Shown: one piece after another, positions 25,741-39,110 of the stretch | How the letters are laid out: every line of letters starts with the position of its first letter | Numbering within the stretch: position 1 is the first letter of the stretch | NCBI GenBank assembly: GCA_965153455.1 | Contig: OZ234493.1 | Location: 24,046,213 to 24,110,212 of the forward strand | DNA from: Sphagnum compactum | Lineage: Eukaryota | Direction of reading: 5' to 3' | DNA: 64,000 nt | The notes under the pieces: generated by a model | Database searches by the model: none | The model's input: the letters and a program-made list of their open reading frames with translations, nothing else | Told to the model about the DNA's origin: nothing | Program-made: the position numbers and the translations under genes

Positions 25741-28394
25741 TCAGATGTTTGTGACAAGGGATGCATGCCCATGGTTGTTGCCTTCTCCCATATCAACAGT
25801 TCTGCAGCTCATATGACTGGAGATTGTCTCTACTCGAACCTCATTTCTTAATCTAAGGAGCTCCAATATTTGATTATCCCCGCGAGCTGAGGCAGACTTG
25901 ACTGATCCAGCAATTTCATTAGCATTTTCCTGTCTTAGTCGTGCACCTTGCTGGCCCACAACAACACTGGCCACCTTTGCAGCCAAATTTCCAATTCCTT
26001 CCATGTCTGGAATGCCTAGAAGCAACCCATACAGGATACCACCAGCATAGGCATCACCTGCCCCACATGTATCAACTGCAACACAAGGAGCAGGTGGGAT
26101 GTAAACAATTTCTCTTCCCAATGCAAGGTATGAGCCCAGAGCTCCATCTGTTACTGAAACAAGTGGGCAATACTGGCTTAGGTGCTTTGTTGCCTGCTCT
26201 GGGCTCACGTCCTCATCAAACCCACAAAGAGCCCTTGCTTCATCACTGTTGGTGAACAAAATATCCGCGCTCTTACAGATTACATCCCTGCAAGAGAAAC
26301 AAGGATGAGTCTTCAGAGACAAAGGCTAGATCTCATAATTTATTCCTACAACATTCATACTTTCAACAAAAGAATTAGAGCAATTGCTGACCTTCTCCAA
26401 AACTATAACATGAGACCAATGTCATTAGCCTGCAGACCCTACATAAGCACATGTATTCAGAATCCAATCTGAGATTGCAAACTCCAGTTCAGTAATAAAT
26501 TAGAACAATCAATTGAGTAAACCTAGCCAGTAAGATGGATTTACTTGGCAAAATGTTCATTACCAAAATTGCTGATGGTGCCGCTTGACACAAGAAACGT
26601 CACTGGCAGTCAGAGCCACCAACACTCCTTGCTGATGTGCAGCTTCACAAGCTTTTGCTATGGCCTCAATTGTTTGAGGGATTTCCCAAAGATAGCCCTC
26701 CACTACTAGTACCCTACTCCTGCCTATGGCACTTGCTAAGTTTGTGTCAAAGTGCACCACTGATGACGTTCCCTGCAAAAATGCACATTCTCCCCTCTGA
26801 AACCATGCTTGGCAGCAAAAATTCATTTCTCCCCAACTTCCTAATCCTCCTAAAAGATACAAGTGTGCCACAGACATCCTGTAGTCTAAGTACAGTAACT
26901 GCAGAATGTGGGTCCAGCGGGAAGAGGGGAAGAATGATTACTTGGTAGGAAAGCATGGTCCTCTGGGCATCAGGTGTGGTTAAGACGACAACACTGCCAG
27001 TAGTACCATTTACTACAGGCTGTGACAGGAAGTTGACATTTGCTTGCAGCAGTTCCATTCTGCAAGAAAGGAACACAACAGTGGAACTTCAAGCCACTGA
27101 AATAGGACTTCGTTAATCACTGACTGAAGTGTCACCGCTGACATCTGCTTCTTATTTTCCCTTATTTCCTAATTTTCATGACTTCTAAAGTGGTGGCACC
27201 CTAGAAAAAGAAATTTGCAAAACCATTATACTTGGTCAGACTTGCAGACATATCCATGCAAAGACTTCAAAATAGAGAACAACTTACAACTGGAAGAGGG
27301 ATGATCAAATTCACCTGTAGAAGTCACCCAAGGCATCACCTCCAACACTGCCAGTCATTGCAACATTAATAGATGGGTTGTTGCGGCTTGTCGCAACCCC
27401 TAACCTAGCCAGTGCAACAAGTGTATTGGACAATGATCCTCCAGCAGCAAGCTTGTAGCTATGCCCATCCAGTGCCCCCAACACCCGTCCCCTTTCCTCA
27501 TGATCAACAACTTTCCTGGAGCCCTTTACTAAACCTAATTGCTCCAGGAAGTTGTCACTCACAATTCCTGAGAAGTCAACCTGCCAAATTTGCACCAGAA
27601 TTAGTTCTCATCAATGTTGTGGAGATCTTCTCGACTCACAGAGCAAAACATTAGGTGGAAAATCAAATAGATTGGGAAGAAATCATCTGTAACAAGATCT
27701 GGACAATCTACCACAACAACCTAGAGACGAAGAAAGACAGACTCACCATAGCTTGGCCAAGTCCTACTACATCCAAGCAATCTGGCACAAGTCCCACAGG
27801 AGTAGCAAAAGATTGCTTTCCAGCTCTCAGCATATTAACATTCCCCTGCACAGCAAGATCTCAATCAGAACATCAGTCTTGTTGTACATGCCTTCCTTGC
27901 ATCGTAAAAGGACCCCTCCCTATCTTGTGCAATGGCATCCAGATGTTCCAGATGTGGTACAAAGAGTCAAATCTGCTATTGCAAGAACAATGGATAACAC
28001 AACGCGATGGAATCTCGAAACAGTTGATAGCAATAAGATACCGACAAGAGCAAAACAAAACTGTGAAGTTGCATACCTTGTGACGCCGTGGTCTGTCCCG
28101 CTTGCAGAGGGACACAAGCTTCTGAATCACGTAGAACAGAGCTTGTTCCCTGTCCTTGAGGAGATTCTCCCTGGCACCAGAGCTCGTGCGACTAAACCGG
28201 TGCGGCCTCAAGAAACTACTACTGTGCACCCAGGCCCTTATGTCCTCCAAGTTCAGCAGGAGGAACAACTGCCGGAACCAGGAGATTTCGTCAATTGTTC
28301 TGTTTGACGCCACCGCCGTCGACGACACCAGTGCTCCAGTAGTAGTAGCACCAGTCATGATCGCAGGAACCTTGGCTGCGACACCGGCGTCCAT
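25741..28394 (-). CDS. NARA5: pfkB-family carbohydrate kinase, NARA5-like (probably plastid-targeted), ~518 aa
   Basis: Exons (- strand): 28394-28077, 27845-27747, 27580-27315, 27059-26942, 26772-26564, 26287-25741. All introns are GT-AG and in phase. Motifs DVVGLGQAMVDFSG, AAGGSLSNTLVALARLG, LTTPDAQRTMLSYQGTSS, VEGYLWE, TASDVSC and the pfkB signature VDTCGAGDAY closely match Arabidopsis NARA5 as I recall it. The first exon and start codon are less certain. Confidence 0.92.
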
Positions 28395-28840
28395 CGGAAG
28401 GCAACAACCTCCCTCTAGGGAAACACCAAAGCACCCCTTAATAATCCCGCACTGGTTTTTCCCTTCCTTGCTCCTTACTCCTCACTCTCTTAGCAGTAGC
28501 TAAAACCGCCCACAAACACTCACAGAAACGATTTTCCCTTGACCAACGCAAACAGTAACAGCAAACAGAACACTCTCTCACTCGCTGACTGCCCAGTTCC
28601 TTACCAAAAACAGCACGAGTGCGCTCGATAATCAATCCCTTGTAAATACCGGAAGCCCACTCTGTGGTTTCCTAGCACAGCCACGGATGACGCCAGCAGC
28701 AAGCACAGGTCACGCAAACCCAGAACGTGGCAAGCTATGGAAGATACAAGGAAAGGAAAGAAGGAAACAAGGGGAGGGAAGGGAAGGAAGAAGCGAAGAG
28801 GGAAGGAAGGTAAGGAAGAAGCAGAGAGGCAGGCAACCCC

Positions 28841-28867
28841 GTGGTGGTGGTGGTGGTGGTGGTGGTG
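28841..28867. repeat. (GGT)n microsatellite upstream of the NARA5-like start codon
   Basis: gtggtggtggtggtggtggtggtggtg read directly. Confidence 0.9.
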
Positions 28868-28899
28868 CCGCCTCACGCCGCCGCAGCAGCCCTTTTTCT

Positions 28900-29485
28900 C
28901 ACTTGCGCAATTTCGCCGTAAAGCGAAAATATAAATTAAAAGCTCGAAAATGAAGTGATTTTGGAAGGTTTCCATCGCCAGAAGTGAGAAACAAAAACAC
29001 ATAGTAAAAACTCGCCAGTGCGTAGTAGCCATGACTAGACATGTTTATAGCCAAATTTGGCTAAACCTTCCTTGAGATGGATGATTGCCATTTCTTCTAC
29101 ATTTTCCTATGGACGATGGTCACTTGGATTTTAAAAATAATTAATAAAAAAACAGTGCTCCAGCCTTTTCCCAAGTGGCAAAATTTTGTCAAAAAGAGAA
29201 GTAAAAAATGGAAAAAAAATCGAAAATGAAGTGATTTTGGAGGGTGTCCATGGCCAGAAGTGAAAGAAAAAAAAAGTGGTAAAAATTACCAGATTTCTAC
29301 ATTTGGTTGTCAGTGTGTAGCCATGGATGAATATGGAAGTTTGATTAAACATTTGTACTTCACATCTGGTTTATAGCCAAATTTGGCTAAATCTTCCTAG
29401 GGAAGCATGATCGCCATTTTCTCTACATCTTCCTATGCATGATCGCCACTTAGGCTACATAAAGAAATTACGAAGAAAACACTGG
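28900..29485 (-). repeat. Two tandem copies (one internally deleted) of the dispersed ~320-bp palindrome-bearing repeat
   Basis: TAGCCAAATTTGGCTA at 29048-29063 and 29374-29389. The reverse complement of 29160-29485 aligns along its length with 54740-55030. Shared terminus CAGTGTTTTT. Confidence 0.8.
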
Positions 29486-29731
29486 CAGTCATGCGTGAGG
29501 CCTATAGCCACTCGCCCGCTGCACACGACACATTCAGAATCTTTAGGCCATCGAATCACGTACAGGACTGGCCCCCTGTCCTCGTGACGGACGGGTGGCT
29601 GTAAATGCATGACGTTCAGTAGCCGTCTCTGTCTTCCAACTGGCTGTGAACGCATGGCTTTCTGGAAGCGGTTTTCTGTCTGTCTGTCGGTCTTTTGTGA
29701 CCCGTAGGTGGCCTAGCACCCGTGAACTCGT

Positions 29732-29741
29732 GACACGTGGC
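29732..29741. promoter_or_regulatory. G-box/ABRE (GACACGTGGC) upstream of the NARA5-like gene
   Basis: Exact consensus 10-mer in a GC-richer patch ~1.3 kb upstream of the ATG. Function untested. Confidence 0.35.
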
Positions 29742-29853
29742 AATACTGGTAGCCGTGACCTCTCGGTAGGTACAGCGGTTGGAATAGGACACAGTTCCCA
29801 CGATTCCAAACCTTTTTTTCCTCTTTTCTTGGTTATATTGCACAGGTTAATTA

Positions 29854-30246
29854 GGCCCACTTTACACTAGGAGTCAAGGCCAATGTTCGACTCAAATCAA
29901 GCATTCCTATTGGTGCAAAAGTTGAAATCAGCAACAAGGAAGGGCTGGCTTTACACTAAGAGTACAAAAAGGCTGAAGTACAAAAAATCTTTTCAATCTG
30001 CCCTAAGTTACCAATAAATGCTGAACTTGATGGCCTTGTGTTGGCCCCCAAGCTTTAAAAAGGGTTATGACCGAATTTGAGAAGCCAATTTGCAACCCTC
30101 GGGTCGCGCGAATGTTTCAGCATTTATTAATATCCTGACATCAATGTTCTAGCATTTATTCGTAATTTGGGGCCAAACAACAAGCCAAAAATGCTCAAAG
30201 TTGGCCCCAAGTCTTTTCAGCCCTGACTCCTAGTGTAAAGCGGGCC
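29854..30246. mobile_element. Tourist-type (PIF/Harbinger) MITE, 393 bp
   Basis: 27-bp TIRs GGCCCACTTTACACTAGGAGTCAAGGC / GGCCCGCTTTACACTAGGAGTCAGGGC (2 mismatches), flanked on both sides by a TTA target-site duplication (29851-29853, 30247-30249). Confidence 0.9.
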
Positions 30247-31955
30247 TTAGTAGCAGTGATATTTTGTGGACGAATTTTTGTTGTTTCTTTGGAAAAACAA
30301 ATTGGGGATTTTTTTTTTATAAGTGTGTTTTTCTAATGAAAATTCAACTAATTTTCTTAATTTTCTGCAAAAATTTTGGTATTCCGATTCCCAAAATTGA
30401 GGGAAAAAAAAACTCCTGGTTAGAAGAGATGTCTTTTTTCTTTCTGTTTTTCCATCCATTTTGTGTTAGTTGTTGCTCTAGTGGTGATCATTTGGCCAAA
30501 TTTGGCAATAATAAAAATATGGAAAGTAGGAAAAGAATTTTTTGGTGGTGAATTTTGGTTAGTTGGGTAAAGAATCTAGAATATCAACCAGTCAATGTTG
30601 GTGTGGGGGTGAGAAAGGCCTATAGGCTGTGCCCAGGCCGATTCCACAATTCAGGGGTGCAGTAGGCCCATTATACAGAATGACCTTTCAGAAATCTCCC
30701 AGTACATGTGGAGGGCGCTGGCGCCTTGAATGCATAATATTCCCTCCTGACGGTAGAGGTCGTCTCACATTTCCGGGCAGGCTATTACATTTTCAGGGCA
30801 CCCCATTTATTTTTCTTTCAGGACACTTGTTGGCCTTGGGCAGAGATGCCCCATTCATGTACGTTAACATCCATGCGTGGTTAAAACTGAGAACCAAACC
30901 GTGGGTGACAGCTGGGCAGCTAGCTGCATAATTTTCAGAGCTTTTCTTTTCTTTTCTTTTTTTCTGGGGGTCAAATTCAATTTTTGTTCAAAATTCAAAA
31001 TACCTAACCACGTTACAAAATTTCTCTGCGTCTTTGGGGATTTCTATTGAGCCTGCCCCACCTGCCCCATAAATTGCAGAGCCATTAGGCTAGCAATGAC
31101 CACATTGCAGATGGTGTCACATTATCAAATCTGTATGTGATGCAAGATGTAGACTCGCACATGTCAACTTACACATGCCATTGACTAGCAAAATGCATTG
31201 GCTCATTGTTGTCACACAATCGATTCAACTAAACTCGTGGAAAGCAAGTTCGAAATGCTTCAACAAACCTGCTTGAAGCTTCAGTCTTCCCCTCTTCAAG
31301 GATGTCCCACAAGTCAAAGATGCAACTCCATCCAATCAAAATCTATTACAATTCGAGCATTGCTAGATGGGGATGTCTCTTTTCCCATACACCGGCTATA
31401 CCCTACCTGGGTGGGCTTGTGTTTTTCAAAGCCTTGAGATGCCCTATGGGGATGAGCTTCTCACATCACAAACATGTGTAGGGAGTGAGGTTTAAGGGTT
31501 AAAAGATTTATAGTAGGTTAGAAATGTTAGTAGTTAGTCTTTCTCACTTTGTTGTTGAGTTGCCCCTATTCAAGAAAGCATAAGCTTTCCATCACTACAA
31601 TTTTGGTGTGTAACAAGAAGGAGCGTCAAAAGCTTGTATTTTTAATGTCACTAGCGCACAAAAATTAAGTTGTTTGTGCATTGTCTATAAGCAAGGAAAT
31701 TGTCTATTTCTTTTGTTTATGTGTTTTGTTTTATTCTATATGTAATCACACAAGAAGTGTTGAAAACTTTGGGAGGTCTTTTATCTTCTACTAATGTTTT
31801 GTTATCTTCATCAACACATTTAGATTTTTTTCTCTGATCTCTTTTAAACCCTTCCAGGCGGGCGCTACGCGCACCTTTGTTCGCTTTGCGAACAAAGTGG
31901 GCGTGTATTGAACAAAAACAATAGGTCAGCGGGAAGCTTGCAAAGGGGCAAGCAA

Positions 31956-32020
31956 ATATATATATTTTTTTTTATTTTATTTATATATATATATACATAT
32001 ATATGTATATATATATATAT
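31956..32020. repeat. Interrupted (TA)n microsatellite
   Basis: tatatatata runs read directly. Confidence 0.85.
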
Positions 32021-32629
32021 TTCGTTTCGAAATTCAATTTATTATTAAATTTTCATCCTCTTCATTGCAACTTGTTAGTATCAGGTTTCAAACTTCTTAA
32101 GCATCATCGGTGTTTTCAAGGCTAATGTTGTTTCATTATGATCTATTCATTTTGGATTTTGAACTTCATGAACATTGTTAATGTTTATTTCGTTAATGAA
32201 TTGTGTGATGCTTCGTGTATGTTTGGTTTCAAGGTTATTGTTGGTGATTTCTGGTGTTTTTTTAGCATTGTTTCATTTTGAAAATCAATGTTGGAAGTTC
32301 AATAAATTGTCGTGTTCACTATTGATGCGTTGATTTTGTTTCAAATTCAATGTACAATGAACACATAATGAAATGTTTTCTTGAATGGAACAATATAAAA
32401 TTCATAGGGTTTTCTTATCTCTATCGTGAATTATACTGATGTTGGCATTGATGAAGGTGGTAGTAGTAATGGTGATGATGGGGTTAGGAGTGGTGATGGT
32501 GGGGTTGGATATGAAGTAAGTCATAACAAGCTTGTTGATAAAGAGTTTAAAAAAGATGGAGAGGAGCTTTTGGGTGTTGAAGCATAAGCATGATAAACGT
32601 GGTTTGTCCAATTAGACTTTGACCAAAAA

Positions 32630-35600
32630 TTAATATATATAGTAAAGGACGTCGTGAAGCTTCCCCTGAATCCGTCTGTCCCGTCATCCATCCGGACGGA
32701 TGCAGCTATGTCATCCCCACTATTTAAAATAAAAGCATAGGGGCTTCCACATGACACATCATTTTAGCTTGTATATGTGACAATCAGAAAAGAAAACCAC
32801 CAAAAGAGAAGGGCCAGTGTGTTCAAATGTAAGTTAACTCCCATTTTAAAAAGTATCTTCTTGGCAGGCCAACTAGGGCTCATGCAAACCTACCTAGACA
32901 GAAGAGCACCACCTCCTGAGCGAAAAACCCCTCCTTCAACCTGGAATTAAAATGTTGTGCCCTCCCCAGTCCATGCTATGGAATTAAAGGGAGGTGCTAT
33001 TGGGAACACCCTTAGGGAACCCATTGGGAACTTGAAAGGAACATGTTGGGAACAAAGGAAAAATGAAAAAAAAAATCCTTCCCCCCCAACCCAAAACTTA
33101 AAAAATTTGGGCCTTTTGAGTGCATGTTGAGCCTTCCCATTTGGCTGCATGAAATTTTTTATTTTCAAAACTGTTCGTCACCATATAAACTAGGGGTATA
33201 TATTTAGTATTAAGGATGCCATATTTACCAGGGTTAGAAGCATCCTAAAAAAATTTAGGGTTTTTACCAGTGTAGGTGCTGGCTCACCTTTCACAAGTAG
33301 TGCAAACATCAAGATTTTCAGCGACCAGGGTCTTGATAGATACATGCGGAATGTCATATATAAAAAGGTTTTGAAAATGTAGTTTGTAATTGTAATTTTG
33401 TAATATGTTCCGTCAAATGCACGCTGAGCCTTCCCATTGGCTGCATGAAATTTCTATTTCCAAAACTGTTCGTCACCATGTAAACTTGGGGTATTTATTT
33501 AGTATTAAAGATACCATATTTACCAGGGTTAGAAGCATCCTAAAAATTTTCAAGGTTTTTACTAGTGTGGGTGCCGGTTCACCCGTCACAAGTAATGCAA
33601 ACATCAAGATTTTCAGTGGCCAGGGTTCGATAGATACATGCGAAATGTCGTATAGTAAACGACGTCAGGATGAAAAATGAAACTTCCCCTGAAATGTTGT
33701 GCCCTCCCTAGTCCATGCTATGGAATTAAAGGGAGGTGTTATTGGGAACACCCTTAGGGAACCCATTGGGAATTTGAAAGGAACATGTTGGGAACAAAGG
33801 AAAAATGAAAAAAAAATCCTTCCCCCCCAACCCAAAACTTAAAAAATTTGGGCCTTTTGAGTGCATGCTGAGCCTTCCCATATAAGAAGGCCAACTAGGG
33901 CTCATGCAAAACTGCCTAGATAGAAGAGCACCACCTCCTGAGCGAAAAACCCCTCTTTCAACCTGGAATAAAAATGTTGTGCCCTCCCCAGTCCATGCTA
34001 TGGAATTAAAGGGAGGTGCTATTGGGAACACCCTTAGGGAACCCATTGGGAACTTGAAAGGAACATGCTGTGAACAAAGGAAAAATGAAAAAAAAAATCC
34101 TTCCCCCCCAACCCAAAACTTAAAAAATTTGGGCCTTTTGTGTGCATGTTGAGCCTTCCCATTTGGCTGCATGAAATTTTCTATTTCCAAAACTGTTCGT
34201 CACCATATAAACTGGGGGTACTTATTTAATATTAAGCATGCCATATTTACCAGGGTTAGAAACATCCTAAAAAAATTTAGGGTTTTTACCAGTGTAGGTG
34301 CCGGTTCACCTTTCAAAAGGAGTGCAAACATCAAGATTTTCAGCGGCCAGGGTCTTGATAGATACATGCGGAATGTCATATATAAAGAGGTTTTGAAAAT
34401 GTAGTTTGTAATTGTAATTTTGTAATATGTTCTGTCAAATGCACGCTGAGCCTTCCCATTGGCTGCATGAAATTTCTATTTCCAAAACTGTTCGTCACCA
34501 TATAAACTTGGGGTACTTATTTAGTATTAAGGATACCATGTTTACCAGGGTTATAAGCATCCTAAAAAATTTCAGGGTTTTTACTAGTGTGGGTGCCGGT
34601 TCACCCGTCACAAGTAGTGCAAACATCAAGATTTTTAGCGGCCAGGGTTTCGATAGATACATGTGAAATGTCGTATAGTAAATGACGTCGAGATGAAAAA
34701 TGAAGCTTCCCATGAATCCGTCCCGTCGTCCATCTGTCCTATCGTCCCTCTGTCCATCTGTCCGGTCGTCCATGCGAATCGACACCCTGGAAGTTCCGAA
34801 GTTGTCGGCTACACACCCTCCTTCTACTGAGTCTGACACTGCAACTTTCTGCCCACCAAGAATGGGAAGGAAATAAACCAGGAATGGCCCTCCATAGTCT
34901 CGTCCGTCATCCATCCCATCATCCGTCCCGTCATCCATCCGTCTCGTTGTCCCTCTGTCCATCCGTCCGATCGTCCATGCGAATCGACGCCCTAAAAACT
35001 CCGAGGTTGCCGGCTGCACAGCATCCCTCTACTAAATCTGACAGTGCAGCTTTCTGCCCACCAAGAATGGGAAGGAAATAAATTAGGAATGGCCCTCCAT
35101 CAGTCTCGTCCGTCATCCATCCAAACAGAACAAATATTTTTTTTTAAAAGGGGAAAAATTAGGAAAAAAATAAAAACAGAAAAGCACTTTAACAATTAGA
35201 AACTTTTTGTAAACACTTAAACATGAAACAGAAAATGGAAATACAATAAAAGAATCTTAAAAGAAAATTTAAAAATAGATGACAAAAAATAAGAAACAAA
35301 ACAGAGAGCAAAAGAAAGAAAGAAAAAACCATACTTGAAAAAAAAATGAGGTTTGTCTTCTTTTTCCAAACTTCAAACTAAATAAATAAATGAACGCATA
35401 AAAATAGAAAAAAAATGAAGATAGACAAAATACGAATAGAAAAAATTAAAACATGAAACAAACATAAACAAAAAAAAGTAAAAACACAAAAACTATAAAA
35501 AAGGAATGGGAACAAATGAAACAAGGAAAGGGAAATACAGTAAAAGCATTCTAAAAGAAAAAAAAATTACAAAAAAGAAGAAACCAAATAAAGAGTAGAA

Positions 35601-35836
35601 ACTAAAAAAAAATAAAACTAATAATAATGAAGAAAAACCCTACTTGAAAAAGAATGGGGTGTGTCTTCTTTCTCCAAACTTCAAACTTGCCAAATAAACA
35701 AAAATACAAAAGTGAAAAAGAAACACTTTATTTGAAAATAAAAAATATAAAAGATAAAAGTTTTTTAAAAAGTAAAACATGAACCAAACATTGTTGAAAT
35801 AACACACCTGTGCATTAGGCACGGGGTTCAAACTAG
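32630..35836 (+). mobile_element. Non-autonomous Helitron with internal tandem duplications
   Basis: The 3' end has a hairpin cctgtgc-attag-gcacggg (35807-35825), then CTAG (35833-35836), then T. Internal repeats translate to VTSSANIKIFSGQGLDRYMRNVIYKEVLKM*, like the C-terminus of Helitron PIF1-type helicases. There is a ~1022-bp-offset direct repeat (32867-33693 vs 33889-34716) and two ~200-bp units (34716-35122). The 5' boundary is approximate (no clean TC seen). Confidence 0.75.
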
Positions 35837-35853
35837 TGGTTCATTTATAGTAG

Positions 35854-36261
35854 AACAAGTGCATGGGCTTTTTTAAAAATTAATGACCATATTGCTACTT
35901 TAGATTGCTTTAAGTTTCAACAAATGAGTTGATGCATTATGTGCCATAGTATCCAACAACAAATGGTAGGAAAAAGGTTCTACCTTGTAATAGAAAAAAT
36001 TAATTATGTACAATAAAGATCATGGCACAACTACCATGAATCATTATGTGGCCAATATACAACAAGTGCATAGGCATTTTTTCAAATTAATGGCCACATT
36101 GCTACTTTATATTGTTCAAAATCTCAACAAATGAGTTGATGCATTATGTGTCATAGCATCTAGCAAGAAACGATAAGAGAAAATTCTACCATGTAAAGGA
36201 AATAATTAGTTATATACAATAAAAAATCATGACACAACTAGGTCATGAATCATCATGTGGC
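35854..36261 (+). repeat. ~205-bp tandem duplication
   Basis: aacaagtgcat...caacaaatgagttgatgcattatgtg...catgaatca(t/c)atgtggc occurs at 35854-36052 and again at 36061-36261. Confidence 0.85.
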
Positions 36262-36329
36262 TTCTAAGCATTCTACAATGTTGAATTAGTATAATACACA
36301 ATGTGCTATTATTGCCACAATAATTATTT

Positions 36330-38095
36330 CTCAACAAACCTTTAAGAAGAGGAAAAAACCAACTATGGCTTCTGTTTTTGATATTTCGTAACTATAAAAT
36401 GCCTTTCAAAAAATCAAACCATATTCAAGAACAATTCCTTAAGGATTTGATTATGTACATCACAAGAGGTTACCAACCATTGAGTTCCATTAAAAATATT
36501 TAGTTGAGAAGGTTTGTCTTTCCTTAGTTTGGTAAGGTTATGTATCCCAATAAACATCAAATGGTAACAATAATGAGGTAATCTTTAACATGGTCAACAA
36601 AACCATGGAATTTTGTGTTTTTCTTGCCCTTGATGAAAGCACTACAATTATTGTCACATTTGATTTGTGAATGTCCAAAGGAGGTTGGGTAGCCATGCTT
36701 TGGTTGTCAATTACATCAACAAAAAATGAAAACCTTGTCATATCACTGTGGGAATTTTTGAAGTTCATGAAACACTAGGGGCTACCATGGTTATTTAATC
36801 AAAGGATCTATTTGTTCATTATGATTTGTTGGACAAAGTCATAGCATTTGTGAAAAATGAAGGTGCAAATCTAAACACCCTCACAATAACCTTATCAATC
36901 ATCATGTCATGTGTTCCACTCTTATTACCACAACCCTATGTTACTAGTTGTTATGAATATGTCATGTCAAAGTGTTGTCAATATGCTATTAATGACTTCA
37001 AAATGTGGTGCGGAATGAAGGAGGCTTCAATTAAAATGACTATTGGTCTTTTTTTCAAAAAATGATCATTTAGACCAAAAAAAAGTGGGAAGGGAAGATA
37101 GAGATGGGCAAGGGCTTACATAGATGCATATCTTCACCCTTGGAAACTAAAGACTCATGTCAAGACTTAGTTGACTTCCAAAGTGATATTATTCAAAGAA
37201 ACTTTGGAATTCAAAAATGCCATTAATTTTTGTTCTTCATAATATAGAATTATTTTGAAAACATAATTTCATCTCTTCAAAGACCCAATGTGTTTTGAAC
37301 CAATCCCAAGTATATTGGGTATTGTCTAATGTTATTTATGTTGTCATAACCATGTGTGTTCTGATGTACAACACTAATTTTTAATGTGAATGATGATATG
37401 CAAGTATGCAGTTTTGATTGATTATTTTGTTGTTTAAGGTTTAATTTTTTACCTTGTAAGAAAATTATTAGTCTAATTGTTTGATTTTGATTGTTGATGT
37501 AGGCTACAAACTTTGACTTAGCTTATGCATTTTGGGCATTACATGCAAGTTAAAATTATTCATGTACTAAGGCCTTTTTTGGCTTATTCACTATCATTTC
37601 AACCTAATGCCATTCACAACATGCTAGATTTCATGTTCAACCCACACTTTTAAAACCTACAATTCATTCGAAGTTACATAGGCCATGTAAGTTGTTGTAA
37701 AATATAATCAAGAAATTCAATGTATGCCACTTTAAATCCTACTAATTATTGTTTATAATGTTTTAACTTCAACTTTTGTCACTATTGCAATTGATGAGCT
37801 TGTAGTTGAATTGGGTGTATTTGGATGTTTGACTTTTACTAAAAAGGAACAATGGAGCTTTTCAAAACCAAACTATTTTTGAACAAATGTAGTGCCTATA
37901 ACTCAATAAGTTAGTTCATTTACTTGGTGGGTAAAACATGAACAATAATTTTCAAATTTTGTGCATCTCGCACAATTGTTGATGGACATTGTTGGTTCTG
38001 AAATTGAAATTGAATTTGTTTTTAATATGGTAGGGGTCATCACAAGCTTTTAATATTTTCAACTTGGGATTGACAATATGGATGTTAATTTTAAT
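36330..38095 (+). mobile_element. hAT-superfamily transposase pseudogene
   Basis: Catalytic-region motifs VTFDL*MSKGG and ...CHITVGIF.VHETLG (~36650-36785), then KVIAFVKNEGANLNTL...SCYEYVMSKCCQYA (36826-37065), then the hATC dimerisation motif WWVKHEQ*FSNFVHLAQLLMDIVGSEIEIEFVFNMVGVITS (~37925-38050). Many stops. Confidence 0.8.
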
Positions 38096-38874
38096 CATTT
38101 TCTTTGCATGATGAATATTAGACAAAAAAAAAACTCAAAATTTCCTCTTGCAAGATCATTAAGGGGCTAGTGCAAGCTAACTACTACATTAAACCAATAT
38201 GGATGATATAGTGGCACATTTGCAATGTGAATTAATGGAATTAAAATGGGGCAAATGTATTCTAAAAATTGAAATTATCAATTTAAGCACACAATTTAAA
38301 TTTATTAACTTAAGCATCTATGTGATATAGAGTTTTTTTTTACATGATGCATAAGAAATTTTTTAAGTTATAGACATTTAAATTGATCATTAAAAGGACT
38401 TTACTATTGACCCCAAAAAAAAGGATTTCAAAATGGTCCAATCATCGATACTATGGTTGTTAGGGATTCAAATTTAATTAATTATATATCAATGAAAATC
38501 ATTTAAAAATATCACACCATGTCAATTGTATATTATTCTTTGTGGATTTTTTTTTTAAAATAAAAAATTTAGTCTTTTCCAAATTTCATATCATGTTGAA
38601 AAGAATGTATTTTATGCTAAATTTGTATACACATGTACAAAATAATGATATCCAAATGGGATTTCTCAAGATGAAAAGAATAGCTTGAAATCAATAAAAA
38701 AAAAATTGCAACCTTCTATCATCACAAGGTTCGAAAAAAAAAAACAAAAAAAAAGTTTCCCAAATGAACTTATGGATGTAAACTTGATATAAGAAACCAT
38801 TCACATCAAGAATTAGAATCATTTAAACATGTGTAATGCAATATGCATTTTTTTCAAGTTTTGACCTAAAAACA

Positions 38875-39110
38875 ATGATTTTGACACATATAAAAACAAT
38901 TGTGAAAAAATGTTTTTCATTCACCAGATTTTGAATTTGTTTAAAAAATCACCAAATTTTTATACTAGGTTCTAACAAGTAGCCAAAATATAAATATATT
39001 ATTTAAAAATTCTACTTTCATATGTGATCTATTGCCAAATTACACACAAAAAAAAATTCTGGATGATCATCAATTTGGTTACATTACATTAAAAATAAAA
39101 ATAAAAACAA
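38875..39110 (-). repeat. Decayed copy of the dispersed palindrome-bearing repeat
   Basis: ttttgacacata...ttcaccagattttgaa...gtagccaaaata...tactttcata aligns with 40143-40390. Confidence 0.65.

Noticed and set aside
27655..28503. Plus-strand ORFs of 115-184 aa
   Set aside because: Antisense shadows of NARA5-like exons and introns, with non-ATG starts.
28601..29032. 143-aa ORF with poly-His
   Set aside because: The poly-His comes from the (GGT)n microsatellite and the N-terminus lies in a dispersed repeat.
32867..35122. Regular repeats as a possible CRISPR-like array, and ORFs 32947-35116 as genes
   Set aside because: Units are 200-1000-bp duplications without unique spacers in a eukaryotic TE context. 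The ORFs are repeat translations.
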